A DNA stretch of 64,000 nt from Clostridiales bacterium UBA1775 (GCA_002314595.1 DCGP01000041.1:273-64272), one strand, 5' to 3'; positions 1 to 9,334 are shown, numbered from the stretch's first letter. Made by a program: numbers and translations. Notes: a model not told the origin generated them from the letters alone.

Positions 1-932
1 GGATTATTTACATCAACAGTAATACTTGTTAGTTTACTGCAATCAGAAAACGCACTATCTGCAATAGTTATTGTTCCTTCTTTAACAGAATATGAAGTAC
101 TACTTGTTTCTGCATCAATTAAATGATTACCTATATACAATACACCATTTTCCCAGTTATTTGAATTATTATAATATGCTGTATTATTAAACGCATCACC
201 ACCAATAGAAGTAACACTGTTTGGTATGGTTATACTTGTTAGTTTTCTGCAACTGGAAAACGCATAATCACCAATAGAAGTAACACTGTTTGGTATGGTT
301 ATGCTTGTTAGGTTACTGCAACTGGAAAACGCACTAATACCAATAGAAGTAACGCTGTTTGGTATGGTTATGCTTGTTAGGCTACTGCAACCATAAAACG
401 CATATTCGCCAATAGAAGTAACACTGTTTGGTATGGTTATACTTGTTAGGCTACTGCAACCATAAAACGCTCTCTCGCCAATAGAAGTTACACTGTTTGG
501 TATGGTAAATGATGTTGCTGATTTACCAATAGCATACTGTATTAAAGTTTTTCCGTCCTTAGAATACAAATTGCCATCTATTGAACAATAATTTGGATTA
601 TTTGCATCAACAGTAATACTTGTTAGGCTACCGCAACATTCAAACGCATAATCACCAATAGAAGTAACGCTGTTTGTTATGGTTATGTTTGTTAGGTTTC
701 TGCAACTAGAAAACGCATAATTACCAATAGAAGTAACAGGATAGCCCTCTATTGTACTTGGTATTGTTAAACTACCTGATGCTGATGTGTTACAATCGGT
801 TATAGTAACTTTGTTATTTGAAATACTATAATGCAAACTGCCATAAGTTCTTATTGTATCTGCCATTACCACACAAGGTAGTGCTGACACAATCAACATA
901 ATTGTTAATACAAGTGATAGAAATTTTTTCAT
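1..932 (-). CDS. BspA-like leucine-rich-repeat (LRR_5-type) secreted/cell-surface protein, N-terminal part only (C-terminus lies beyond the left window edge)
   Basis: Absent from the ORF track because it runs off the window. Reverse-strand ATG at 932-930 with AGGAGGAG at 945-938. Translation starts MKKFLSLVLTIMLIVSALPCVVMA (signal-peptide-like). It is followed by repeated ~23-aa units of the form IPNSVTSIG-x-AF-x-C-x-LTSITI. Confidence 0.75.
   Translation of the reverse strand, partial: MKKFLSLVLTIMLIVSALPCVVMADTIRTYGSLHYSISNNKVTITDCNTSASGSLTIPSTIEGYPVTSIGNYAFSSCRNLTNITITNSVTSIGDYAFECCGSLTSITVDANNPNYCSIDGNLYSKDGKTLIQYAIGKSATSFTIPNSVTSIGERAFYGCSSLTSITIPNSVTSIGEYAFYGCSSLTSITIPNSVTSIGISAFSSCSNLTSITIPNSVTSIGDYAFSSCRKLTSITIPNSVTSIGGDAFNNTAYYNNSNNWENGVLYIGNHLIDAETSSTSYSVKEGTITIADSAFSDCSKLTSITVDVNN
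202..546 (-). repeat. Five near-identical tandem 69-bp repeats (each = one 23-aa LRR unit) inside the LRR gene. More diverged copies start at 655 and 724.
   Basis: The string ccaatagaag recurs at 202, 271, 340, 409 and 478 (exact 69-bp period), with the conserved core ccaatagaagtaacactgtttggtatggttat. Confidence 0.9.
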
Positions 933-988
933 ACATACTCCTCCTAAGCAATGTTTATACTCTTAATATCGAGTATGTTTGAATTATA

Positions 989-1020
989 CTCTATTTATCG
1001 ACAATTGTCAAGCAATAGAG
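989..1020. promoter_or_regulatory. Concentric palindrome in the divergent LRR / XRE intergenic region (candidate operator)
   Basis: CTCTATT (989-995) and AATAGAG (1014-1020) flank the perfect 10-bp palindrome GACAATTGTC (1000-1009). Both share the centre at 1004/1005. Confidence 0.35.
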
Positions 1021-1053
1021 CATAGTTTACCATTGTTAGTGAGGTGATTTTTA

Positions 1054-1254
1054 ATGATTAGTTATGAACCATTTTACAACACATTAAAGGAAAAAGGAGT
1101 GTCTACCTATAAGCTAATTAACGAATTTGGCGTAAGCAGAAGCCTACTTGACAGGCTTAAACACAACAAGCCCATAAGCACCCAAACTCTTGATGATTTA
1201 TGCCGATTTTTAAATTGCAATGTTGAACATATCCTAACACACAAGAAGGATTAA
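1054..1254 (+). CDS. Small XRE/Cro-type helix-turn-helix transcriptional regulator
   Basis: 66 aa. The HTH-like segment is STYKLINEFGVSRSLLDRLKHNK. GAGGTGA lies 6 nt upstream of the ATG. Confidence 0.75.
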   Translation: MISYEPFYNTLKEKGVSTYKLINEFGVSRSLLDRLKHNKPISTQTLDDLCRFLNCNVEHILTHKKD

Positions 1255-1356
1255 CAGCTTTTAATCCCCGAGAAACAAATTACAACAAAATTTTTATTTA
1301 CAACTTTTAAAAAATGTGTTAAACTTGATATACACAAAAAATTAAGGAGATTTGGT

Positions 1357-2262
1357 ATGGATAAGTTGGAATTGCCATTGGATTTTGTAGACAACTTTAT
1401 ATTTAAAGCACAGCCTGAATATGCAATGGTTTACCTTTATGCATACCGTCAGAAGTTAGATGAAGCATCAGTAAATGCCCAACAAATTGAAAAGGCACTT
1501 GGAATAAAGCCTGATGTTGTATTAAAGGCAATAGAATATTGGAAGGGCAAGGGGTATGACATATTCAGTCAAAAGCCATTAGCACCTATTTGTGATAAAA
1601 GCAAGTATTCACCAAGTGAAATTACAAAGTTTATGGAAAATGACACAGAGCTTGCTGTACTGTATGAAGAGGTTTCAAGAATAATGGGCAAGGCGTTATC
1701 TACCAATGACATTAACACCTTGTTTTGGATATATAACGACTTGGGTTTTTCATCGTCGGTAATAATAATGCTTGTAAACTATGCAAAAAAAGAGGACAAG
1801 TGCAGAATGAGGTTTATTGAAGCCACTGCTCAGCAATGGTCTGAAAAAGGCATTGCAACCTTTGAAGATGCAGAAAAGCACCTTGCAGAAATTGAAAACA
1901 AAAATAATTACGAACAGAGGATTAAAAAACTGTTTGGAATATTTGACCGAAGCTTTACATCTACGGAAAAAGAAATAATTAACAGTTGGCACAATGAAAT
2001 AAAGCCTACTAAAAAGGAATTGGAATACGCATACGAGGTATGTGTTGAAAAGACCGGTAAGTTTTCTGTTAAATATATAAATGCAGTTTTGGTTAATCAA
2101 AAGAAGGACAAAAAGCCAAAGGCTGAAAATATGCCTACACCAAAGGCTACAAAATTTAAAAACTTTACTCAAAATGGTGATGTTGATTACAGAGAGCTTG
2201 AAAAGCTTGCCATTAAAAAGAGAATGTCCAAAACTATGAAGGGAGATGAAACAGATGAGTGA
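1357..2262 (+). CDS. DnaD-domain (DnaB_2-type) replication initiation / helicase-loading protein
   Basis: 301 aa. N-terminal MVYLYAYRQ-type winged-helix region and a central DnaD-like block LFWIYNDLGFSSSVIIMLVNYA...FIEATAQQWSEKGI. AAGGAG RBS. Overlaps the next gene by 17 nt, suggesting an operon. Confidence 0.7.
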   Translation: MDKLELPLDFVDNFIFKAQPEYAMVYLYAYRQKLDEASVNAQQIEKALGIKPDVVLKAIEYWKGKGYDIFSQKPLAPICDKSKYSPSEITKFMENDTELAVLYEEVSRIMGKALSTNDINTLFWIYNDLGFSSSVIIMLVNYAKKEDKCRMRFIEATAQQWSEKGIATFEDAEKHLAEIENKNNYEQRIKKLFGIFDRSFTSTEKEIINSWHNEIKPTKKELEYAYEVCVEKTGKFSVKYINAVLVNQKKDKKPKAENMPTPKATKFKNFTQNGDVDYRELEKLAIKKRMSKTMKGDETDE

Positions 2263-3235
2263 TTTTAGCCAAGAGCTACATACAGAGGTTATGGAAGAAT
2301 ATGAAAAAATACGCTCTAAAAACAAGGAAGTTTACGAAAAGACGGTTAGTGCAATATATGACAACTTGCCAAGGCTAAAAGAAATTGACAATCAGTTAAA
2401 AACTCTTGCAGTAAGCATTTGTGCACAGCTTGTAAACTCTAATGTATCCCCCGAAAATGCTATTGAAAAGCTTAAAACCCAAACTGACAAGCTAATTTCC
2501 GAAAAAACTGAAATCTTAAAATCAAATGGCGTTTCACCTGATTCGTTAGCTGAAAAATTTGACTGTGAAATATGCAAGGACAAGGGATACATTAACGGAA
2601 AACGTTGCAAATGCTATATGGACAAGCTACAAAATTGTATTCAAAAGCGTTCTAATATTTCAAGGGACAAATTGCACACCTTTGCAAAATTTGACCTTGA
2701 ACTATACTCTGAAAAGGTTAACAAGGAATATGGAATATCTGCCAAGGAAAATGCAGAGAGCATCAAAAAGACTGCAATGGATTTTGCCAAAGGCAAAAAG
2801 GGTTGCCCTACTCATTTGTTATTCTACGGAAACACAGGGCTTGGCAAAACATTTACCTCCGAATGTGTTGCAAGGGAATACATTAGGCAAGGCAAAAGCG
2901 TTTTTTACACATCTGCACCAAGGCTGTTTAGCATATTTGAGGACTACAAATTTGGCAGAAACACTACCGAAGAAGCAAAAAGAACTATTGACTACATTGC
3001 AGAGGTAGATTTGCTGATAATTGACGACCTTGGCACAGAATTTAGAACACAGTATGTGGACAGCATACTTTTTGACACAATTAACACAAGAATTAACCAA
3101 GGTAAAAGTATGATTATAAGCACAAACCTTTCCCTTGACCAAATTAACTCTACATATTCTCAAAGAATTTCATCAAGATTTATCGGTAATTTTGATTTAA
3201 TATACTTCTTTGGTGATGACATTAGATTAAAATAA
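2246..3235 (+). CDS. DnaI/DnaC-type AAA+ helicase loader ATPase
   Basis: Walker A GNTGLGKT and Walker B DLLIIDDLG. Upstream Cys cluster CEICKDKGYINGKRCKC, as in the DnaI N-terminal zinc domain. Confidence 0.8.
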   Translation: MKQMSDFSQELHTEVMEEYEKIRSKNKEVYEKTVSAIYDNLPRLKEIDNQLKTLAVSICAQLVNSNVSPENAIEKLKTQTDKLISEKTEILKSNGVSPDSLAEKFDCEICKDKGYINGKRCKCYMDKLQNCIQKRSNISRDKLHTFAKFDLELYSEKVNKEYGISAKENAESIKKTAMDFAKGKKGCPTHLLFYGNTGLGKTFTSECVAREYIRQGKSVFYTSAPRLFSIFEDYKFGRNTTEEAKRTIDYIAEVDLLIIDDLGTEFRTQYVDSILFDTINTRINQGKSMIISTNLSLDQINSTYSQRISSRFIGNFDLIYFFGDDIRLK

Positions 3236-3267
3236 AAAAGTGCAGAATATAACTTCTGCACTTTTTT

Positions 3268-3795
3268 CTATTCCTCTACTATTTCAGGCTCCGGATATGT
3301 AACTCCAAAGGTATCTACTGTTACCTTTTTCATTACTTGGTCCGTAACAGGCTTGTCATTAAAGCCCTTTGGCTGATGAACAATGTTCATAACCACATCA
3401 ATGCCTTCAATTACTTTACCAAAGGTTGCATAGTCCCCATCTAAAAACGGATAGTCCTCAACCATAATAAAGAACTGACTGCCTGCGCTGTCAAGTGGCA
3501 TTGCACGTCTTGCCATTGACAAAACGCCTACTGTATGTTTTAGGTTATTTTCAAAGCCGTTGTTTGAAAATTCCCCTTTAATACAGTAACCGGGGCCACC
3601 CATACCTGTGCCCTCAGGGTCTCCACCTTGAATCATAAAGCCCTCTATGCAACGATGGAAAATAACACCGTCATAAAAGCTTTTGTTAATTAGTGAAATA
3701 AAGTTGTTTACTGTATTAGGTGCAATTTCAGGATAAAGCTCTGCCTTAATAATTCCACCGTTTTCCATTTCTATTGTTACTATTGGATTTGGCAT
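3268..3795 (-). CDS. ppiB: Cytoplasmic cyclophilin-type peptidyl-prolyl cis-trans isomerase
   Basis: Cyclophilin signature FHRCIEGFMIQGGDP and SAGSQFFI. 175 aa with no signal sequence. Confidence 0.9.
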   Translation of the reverse strand: MPNPIVTIEMENGGIIKAELYPEIAPNTVNNFISLINKSFYDGVIFHRCIEGFMIQGGDPEGTGMGGPGYCIKGEFSNNGFENNLKHTVGVLSMARRAMPLDSAGSQFFIMVEDYPFLDGDYATFGKVIEGIDVVMNIVHQPKGFNDKPVTDQVMKKVTVDTFGVTYPEPEIVEE

Positions 3796-3806
3796 AATAT
3801 CACTCC

Positions 3807-4892
3807 TTATTTACTGTATTTTTCAGCCTGTGATTTAATAAGCTCCACATCATCAAAATAGTTGATTTTCATTGCGTCCTTGACCTCGTGCAAGGTTTGT
3901 GCTGCGATTTCCCTTGCAACATCACTGCCTTTTTTAAGAATATTATATACCTCCGGTATATCCTTTTCAAATTCTGCCCTTTTAGCACGGATTGGTTCAA
4001 GCTCTTCTTGAACTACGTTGTTAAGGAACTTTTTAACCTTCATATCCCCAAGGCCACCCTTTTTATAATGTGCCTTTAATTCGTCAAGGTTTGCATAGTC
4101 AGGCAAATATCTTTCAAAATGCTCGTCCCTGCAAAATGCATCAAGGTATGTAAATACTGTGTTGCCCTCAATGTGTCCCGGGTCGCTTACTTGAATATGA
4201 AGTGGGTCTGTATACATTGTTTTGATTTTTGAATTGATTTCGTCAGCAGAGTCCGAAAGGTAAATGCAATTACCCAAGGACTTACTCATTTTAGCCTTGC
4301 CATCTGTACCCGGCAAGCGAAGGCAAGCCTCATTTTCAGGCAATAATGCCTTTGGCTCTACCAAGACCTCGGAATATACAGAATTAAACTTATGCACAAT
4401 TTCCCTTGCTTGTTCAAGCATTGGAAGTTGGTCCTCACCAACCGGAACTGTGGTTGCCTTAAATGCAGTAATATCAGCAGTTTGGCTGATTGGATATGTT
4501 AAAAACCCAACCGGAATACTTGCGTCAAAATTACGAAGCTTAATTTCCGACTTAACTGTTGGGTTACGTTGCAACCTTGAAACAGTAACTAAGTCCATAT
4601 AGTAAAATGTTAATTCACAAAGCTCCGGAATAACTGACTGAATAAACAAGGTTGACTTTGTTGGGTCTAAGCCTACACTTAAATAGTCAAGCGCAACCTC
4701 GATGATATTTTGCCTAACCTTTTCAGGATTTTCAATGTTATCTGTAAGTGCCTGAGCATCGGCAACCATAACCATTGTACGTTTATATTCCCCTGAATTT
4801 TGTAACTCTACTCTTCTTTTAAGGGAACCTACATAATGCCCTAAATGTAATTTCCCGGTAGGACGGTCTGCTGTAAGAATGATTTTGTCCAT
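3807..4892 (-). CDS. trpS: Tryptophan--tRNA ligase (class I aaRS)
   Basis: HIGH-type motif GKLHLGHY and an exact KMSKS (KMSKSLGN). The 361-aa size is typical of the long TrpRS form. Confidence 0.8.
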   Translation of the reverse strand: MDKIILTADRPTGKLHLGHYVGSLKRRVELQNSGEYKRTMVMVADAQALTDNIENPEKVRQNIIEVALDYLSVGLDPTKSTLFIQSVIPELCELTFYYMDLVTVSRLQRNPTVKSEIKLRNFDASIPVGFLTYPISQTADITAFKATTVPVGEDQLPMLEQAREIVHKFNSVYSEVLVEPKALLPENEACLRLPGTDGKAKMSKSLGNCIYLSDSADEINSKIKTMYTDPLHIQVSDPGHIEGNTVFTYLDAFCRDEHFERYLPDYANLDELKAHYKKGGLGDMKVKKFLNNVVQEELEPIRAKRAEFEKDIPEVYNILKKGSDVAREIAAQTLHEVKDAMKINYFDDVELIKSQAEKYSK

Positions 4893-4909
4893 TGTATTTC
4901 CTCCTGTAT

Positions 4910-5386
4910 TTAATCCCTTGTAATGCCAAGGAGATTTAATATCTCATCTTGTTTAACATACATTTCTTGTTCACCGTTTTCGTGGTCATAGCCTAAAAGG
5001 TGCAACATAGAATGGGCTGTTAAAAATGCAACTTCTCTTATTATGCTGTGTCCATATTCCACAGACTGTGCAACTGCACGTTCCAAAGAAATTACTATAT
5101 CTCCAAGCTCTTCTTCGTCTAATGTGCCGTCCTCATCAAACATTGGAAAGGACAGTACATCTGTTGGAGCGTCCACATTTCTGTACTCTTTATTTAGCTT
5201 GTGGATTTCTTCATTATCACAAATTAGAACGCTAACCTCACGAGGTTCTACATTTTCGTACTCAAATACTTTATCCACAACCTTTATTATAACACTTTCA
5301 AGCTCATTTGTAAACTCTACTTTATCTTGACTGTTTTGAATGTTTGTCATTTTCACGTTCTGCCTTTCTTTTATCGTCTCTTTCAT
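4910..5386 (-). CDS. ybeY: rRNA maturation endoribonuclease YbeY
   Basis: Zinc motif HSMLHLLGYDH. The start is uncertain: the ATG at 5350 is an alternative, and neither has a well-spaced RBS. Overlaps the phoH 3' end. Confidence 0.88.
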   Translation of the reverse strand: MKETIKERQNVKMTNIQNSQDKVEFTNELESVIIKVVDKVFEYENVEPREVSVLICDNEEIHKLNKEYRNVDAPTDVLSFPMFDEDGTLDEEELGDIVISLERAVAQSVEYGHSIIREVAFLTAHSMLHLLGYDHENGEQEMYVKQDEILNLLGITRD

Positions 5387-6320
5387 ACGCCTTTACAATG
5401 GCTTGTACCAAGGGATGACGGACTACGTCCTTTTCGGTTAAGGTGCAAAATTCAATATCGTCAATGTTCTTTAATATACGTACAACCTCTTTAAGTCCAC
5501 TCTTTTTACCAAATGGCAGGTCTACCTGTGTAATATCGCCTGTTATTATTGCACGTGAGCCAAAGCCGATACGAGTTAAAAACATTTTCATTTGTTCAGG
5601 TGTTGTGTTTTGAGCCTCGTCCAAAATAATATAGGAGTCGTCTAACGTCCTGCCTCTCATATATGCCAACGGTGCAACCTCTATTATGCCACGCTCTACA
5701 TACCTTTGGTAAGCCTCTACACCTAACATATCGTAAAGTGCATCATGAAGTGGCCTTAAATATGGGTCTACCTTACTTTGTAAATCCCCCGGCAAAAATC
5801 CAAGATTTTCCCCTGCTTCAACAGCAGGACGAGTAATAACAATCCTGCTAACCTCCTTGTGCTTTAAGCTTGTAACAGCCATAGCAACTGCAAGGTATGT
5901 CTTACCTGTACCGGCAGGGCCTATACCAAAGGTTATAGTGTTATTTGTAATTGCATCAATATACTTTTTCTGCCCCAAGGTTTTGGACTTGATAGGTCTG
6001 CCCTTGGCAGTAATACAGACAATATCCTTTTCAAGACTATACAGTTTGTCTTCCATATCATCCTCTACAAGTGAAATTGCATACCTGACATTTTGTTCGG
6101 TAATTGCCTCGTTGTTGGCAGTCATACTAATAAGACCTGCCAAGCAACGCTGTGCCTTAACTGCATTTTCTTCCTCACCTGTAATTTTTAAGGTAGTGCC
6201 TCTGTGAACAATTTGAACATTATAATGAGATTCTATAATTTTAATGTTACTGTCAAAATTGCCGAAAATATTAAGAATTTGCTCCACACTTTCAACTTCA
6301 AGATGCTTTTCCTCTGTCAT
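5322..6320 (-). CDS. phoH: PhoH-family ATPase
   Basis: Walker A GPAGTGKTY, Walker B YIILDEAQN. GAGGAGG RBS 6 nt upstream. Confidence 0.9.
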   Translation of the reverse strand: MTEEKHLEVESVEQILNIFGNFDSNIKIIESHYNVQIVHRGTTLKITGEEENAVKAQRCLAGLISMTANNEAITEQNVRYAISLVEDDMEDKLYSLEKDIVCITAKGRPIKSKTLGQKKYIDAITNNTITFGIGPAGTGKTYLAVAMAVTSLKHKEVSRIVITRPAVEAGENLGFLPGDLQSKVDPYLRPLHDALYDMLGVEAYQRYVERGIIEVAPLAYMRGRTLDDSYIILDEAQNTTPEQMKMFLTRIGFGSRAIITGDITQVDLPFGKKSGLKEVVRILKNIDDIEFCTLTEKDVVRHPLVQAIVKAYERDDKRKAERENDKHSKQSR

Positions 6321-7473
6321 TTACTTCCTCCTCTTTGGCAATGTCTTCAATACATTCATAAGTTACTGTTAATTTACTGCCCTGTTTATTAAAAGATTTG
6401 TTTATTATTTTAGAGCCCTTGCATAATTTATCATACTTTTCCGTTAAATATGCCTTTGCCTCTTTTTCATTTAGCTTTACGGTCTTTTCGGTATATTCCT
6501 TATATTCATTTACCTCAACACCAAATGGCAAAAATCGTCCGTTACCTAACTGTATATATTTAGTATAACTTAATTTATCATATTTTTCAAATAAAATTTT
6601 ATTTTTTATAAATAAATTTATAAATTTATTAAAAATAACCAATCTGTTTTTGGATTTTTCGTTACCTGTATATTGCTTTTGTTTAACTGAATAAGGCAAA
6701 TTTACAGTTTCGTCATACCATACCTTAGCCATTATTTCTCCATCGGAATGAGAATATTTTATGCCTTTGGTTGCCATATTCTCTGCCCCACTTACCAAAA
6801 GCTGACCTTCTAACACCACGTCCCCTTTTTTAACAACTGAATTTCCACTCCTAACCAATGTGGATTCTATAACCCCACTCTTTTTTGCAACAAGATTAGA
6901 AACAACAGCTTTATCAAAGTGCTCTCTTTTGACTTCTCGTTCCCTAATATCAACAGAAACCGTACAACCGGAAATATTTACAGTTACAAAGCTTAGGTTT
7001 TCGTTATTTGTCATCATCTGCCTGCGTGCCTCTTGCACGTCAACGGTACTTGTTAGCATACCAAACCTAATGCCTACCTTATTGGCGTATTTTATTATTT
7101 CCTCCGATTTTATTTTTTCGTTACCTGTAATTTGAATTATCCATACAAATCTGCTTAATAACGCTATTAAAAGCACAAAAATGACTATGCCTGCTAAAAA
7201 AGCCTTTCTCCTTTTGTACTTGTTAATTATAAATGGTAAACCAAACTTTCCTATTATATGAACCCTACACCTTGAATTTTTATGGAACTTATGAACCTTG
7301 TGAAAGTCCCTTATGTCCATTTGGGCTTGAATTGTTGATTTATCAATTTTTTTAGCGTTCCAAAGCCCTATACCTCGCCTTACACATAGGTTAACAAATC
7401 TTTCAGGAAAAACACCTTTAATAATAATGGTAATGTAGCCTTTTATGTAATTAACTATTTTAGATAATAGCAA
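6298..7473 (-). CDS. yqfD: Sporulation protein YqfD
   Basis: 391 aa. N-terminal NYIKGYITIIIKG motif and a central TM segment, with the conserved yqfC-yqfD-phoH-ybeY order. TTG start directly abuts the yqfC stop. Confidence 0.85.
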   Translation of the reverse strand: MLLSKIVNYIKGYITIIIKGVFPERFVNLCVRRGIGLWNAKKIDKSTIQAQMDIRDFHKVHKFHKNSRCRVHIIGKFGLPFIINKYKRRKAFLAGIVIFVLLIALLSRFVWIIQITGNEKIKSEEIIKYANKVGIRFGMLTSTVDVQEARRQMMTNNENLSFVTVNISGCTVSVDIREREVKREHFDKAVVSNLVAKKSGVIESTLVRSGNSVVKKGDVVLEGQLLVSGAENMATKGIKYSHSDGEIMAKVWYDETVNLPYSVKQKQYTGNEKSKNRLVIFNKFINLFIKNKILFEKYDKLSYTKYIQLGNGRFLPFGVEVNEYKEYTEKTVKLNEKEAKAYLTEKYDKLCKGSKIINKSFNKQGSKLTVTYECIEDIAKEEEVNDRGKAS

Positions 7474-7764
7474 CTATTCCCACCTCACATTTAAAAATTT
7501 GCCGTCAATTAGTACATCGGTGTCTGTAACTGCACTTATTGTAAGCAAATTACCCTCTATATTTAAAACTCCACTAAATATTTTTATTCTTATAAGCTTT
7601 TCTGTATATTCAATAATTCCCTTATAATTTTCAACAATCATTTGATTGTCATTATATACAGTAATCTTTCCACAGTCGGAAAGAATGTCCTTTGGCATAT
7701 CTATTGCTTCGGCAAGACGTTCCTTTAAAGACTTTATATCCTTTTTCTGTTGCCTTTTTCTCAT
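7474..7764 (-). CDS. yqfC: Sporulation protein YqfC
   Basis: 96 aa, with typical YqfC size, position and sequence (ITVYNDNQMIVENYKGIIEYT). Confidence 0.85.
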   Translation of the reverse strand: MRKRQQKKDIKSLKERLAEAIDMPKDILSDCGKITVYNDNQMIVENYKGIIEYTEKLIRIKIFSGVLNIEGNLLTISAVTDTDVLIDGKFLNVRWE

Positions 7765-7842
7765 AATTTATCCCTCCTAAGTTAAAGTATATTCTATAAT
7801 ATTAAAAATTTGCATAATAATACTTATGAAAGGTTGGAGATT

Positions 7843-8922
7843 ATGAAAAAATATTTGTCGTCTGCTGTAATAATATATATATTGTTCGGTCTTGTGGTAA
7901 TGCCAAAAGCTTGTATCAATTACGCCTCACAAGGTGTTTTGTTGTGTTTAAAAACAGTTGTGCCATCCCTTTTTCCGTTTTTTATCTGTTCTAAAATATT
8001 AACAAAAAATGGCTTTGCAAATGTAATAAGCAAGCCATTACAGCCTATAATTCGCCCTGTTTTCAATGTGCCGTCCTACGGAGCATTTGCCTTTGTAATA
8101 GGGATTTTAAGTGGTTGCCCGGTTGGAGCACAGACTGTTTGTGATATGTATAGTCAAGGATTATGTTCTAAGGCAGAGGCTCAAAGGATGATATGCTTTT
8201 GCAACAACTCAGGTCCTTTATTTATTATAGGCTCTGTTGCAACAGGCTTACTTGGGTTTTCAAGCATAGGTTGGGTGCTTTTGGTTTCTAACATTATTTC
8301 TGCAATAGTTATAGGCTTAATAGTGGCAAAATATAAAAAGTCGGAAAAAATAAGCATTAGTTTGTTTAACCCCCAAAACAAAAGCCAAGACTACATATCT
8401 GCGTCTATAAAGGAATCAATTTACACAACTGCTTACGTATGTGGATTTGTAATAATATTTTCTGTAATGTGTGGGTTAATCAAAGGTTGTGGATTTATTG
8501 AAAGCATAATTCCAAATGACAATTTCAGAGGAATATTTTACGGAATGTTAGAAATGACTAACGGAATAGCAGAAATGTGTAAGTCCAAAGTCAGCACGGA
8601 ACTAATCTGCGCCATATCATTTGTTGTTGGCTTTGGTGGAGTATCTGTAATTTTGCAGGTAGATGGCATCATTTCAAAATACAAGCTTTCAATATGGATA
8701 TTTATAGCTTCAAAATTTGTGCAAGGCTTGGTGTCCTCATTTACGACCTACACCATTTTAAAATTTGCTAACCTTAACCTGCCTGTTTTTATGTCGCAAG
8801 CTGACAGTTTTACATCACTAAACTGCTGGGCATATTCTACAAAGTTTTTGTTGATATTTATAGGTTTGGGAATATCCTTGTCAATCACAACATTTATAGG
8901 ACGAATATTGCGACGAATGTAA
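7843..8922 (+). CDS. ylbJ: Sporulation integral membrane protein YlbJ (nucleoside-recognition/Gate-domain membrane protein)
   Basis: Polytopic membrane protein. N-terminus MKKYLSSAVIIYILFGLVVMP...GVLLCLKTVVPSLFPFF. The start was moved to the ATG at 7843 (GGTTGGAGA RBS); the track ORF begins at an upstream TTG at 7810. Confidence 0.75.
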   Translation: MKKYLSSAVIIYILFGLVVMPKACINYASQGVLLCLKTVVPSLFPFFICSKILTKNGFANVISKPLQPIIRPVFNVPSYGAFAFVIGILSGCPVGAQTVCDMYSQGLCSKAEAQRMICFCNNSGPLFIIGSVATGLLGFSSIGWVLLVSNIISAIVIGLIVAKYKKSEKISISLFNPQNKSQDYISASIKESIYTTAYVCGFVIIFSVMCGLIKGCGFIESIIPNDNFRGIFYGMLEMTNGIAEMCKSKVSTELICAISFVVGFGGVSVILQVDGIISKYKLSIWIFIASKFVQGLVSSFTTYTILKFANLNLPVFMSQADSFTSLNCWAYSTKFLLIFIGLGISLSITTFIGRILRRM

Positions 8923-8991
8923 AGGTTTTGTAATGGACATATTATACAGTATGGATATAATTATGTTATTAAATTACAAAGGAGGAACATT

Positions 8992-9321
8992 ATGACAACC
9001 CAATTTGAGTATGACAATGATGCTATGATTGTCAAATTAGGCAGAGAGCTTGACCAACACTATGCCGCTATGTTAAGAGGTGAAATTGACAGACAAGCTA
9101 CAAGCAGAAGTATACGTAAAATCATATTTGACTTTACAAATGTTGAGTTTATGGACAGTTCTGGCATTGGAGTAATTATGGGCAGATACAGGCTTATGCA
9201 GTCTGTGGGTGGCACAGTTTCTGCATTTGGAGCAAACAACAGATTACAAAAACTAATAGAAATGTCCGGAATTAAGCGAATTGTTTCGTTTTATACCGAC
9301 AGACAGTCGGCAATTAAATAA
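8992..9321 (+). CDS. spoIIAA: Anti-sigma-F factor antagonist SpoIIAA (STAS domain)
   Basis: STAS domain with phosphorylatable-Ser context FMDSSGIGV. AAGGAGG RBS. Confidence 0.9.
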   Translation: MTTQFEYDNDAMIVKLGRELDQHYAAMLRGEIDRQATSRSIRKIIFDFTNVEFMDSSGIGVIMGRYRLMQSVGGTVSAFGANNRLQKLIEMSGIKRIVSFYTDRQSAIK

Positions 9322-9334
9322 AGGAGGGTAGCAA

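Noticed and set aside
1750-2325. Numerous antisense or out-of-frame ORFs nested in well-supported genes. Examples: 1750-2325(-), 2559-3008(+), 2819-3163(-), 4264-4602(+), 5857-6207(+), 12063-12416(+), 13463-13807(-), 16884-17201(+), 23489-23887(+), 29866-30198(-), 37008-37358(-), 40247-40570(-), 59517-60059(-), 62027-63409(+).
   Set aside because: Each overlaps a gene with clear family motifs in another frame or strand. Their compositions are typical of shadow ORFs in AT-rich DNA. None has RBS or promoter context.
4893-4909. T-box leader upstream of trpS.
   Set aside because: Only 17 nt separate trpS from ybeY on the same strand, so there is no room for a ~200-nt T-box. trpS appears to be co-transcribed with the upstream genes.
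8923-8991. Spo0A boxes or a sigma-H promoter upstream of the spoIIA operon.
   Set aside because: I found no TGTCGAA-type 0A box. The AAAGGTTTT element is not followed by a GAAT-type -10 at the right spacing, so I cannot support a specific promoter call from the sequence.
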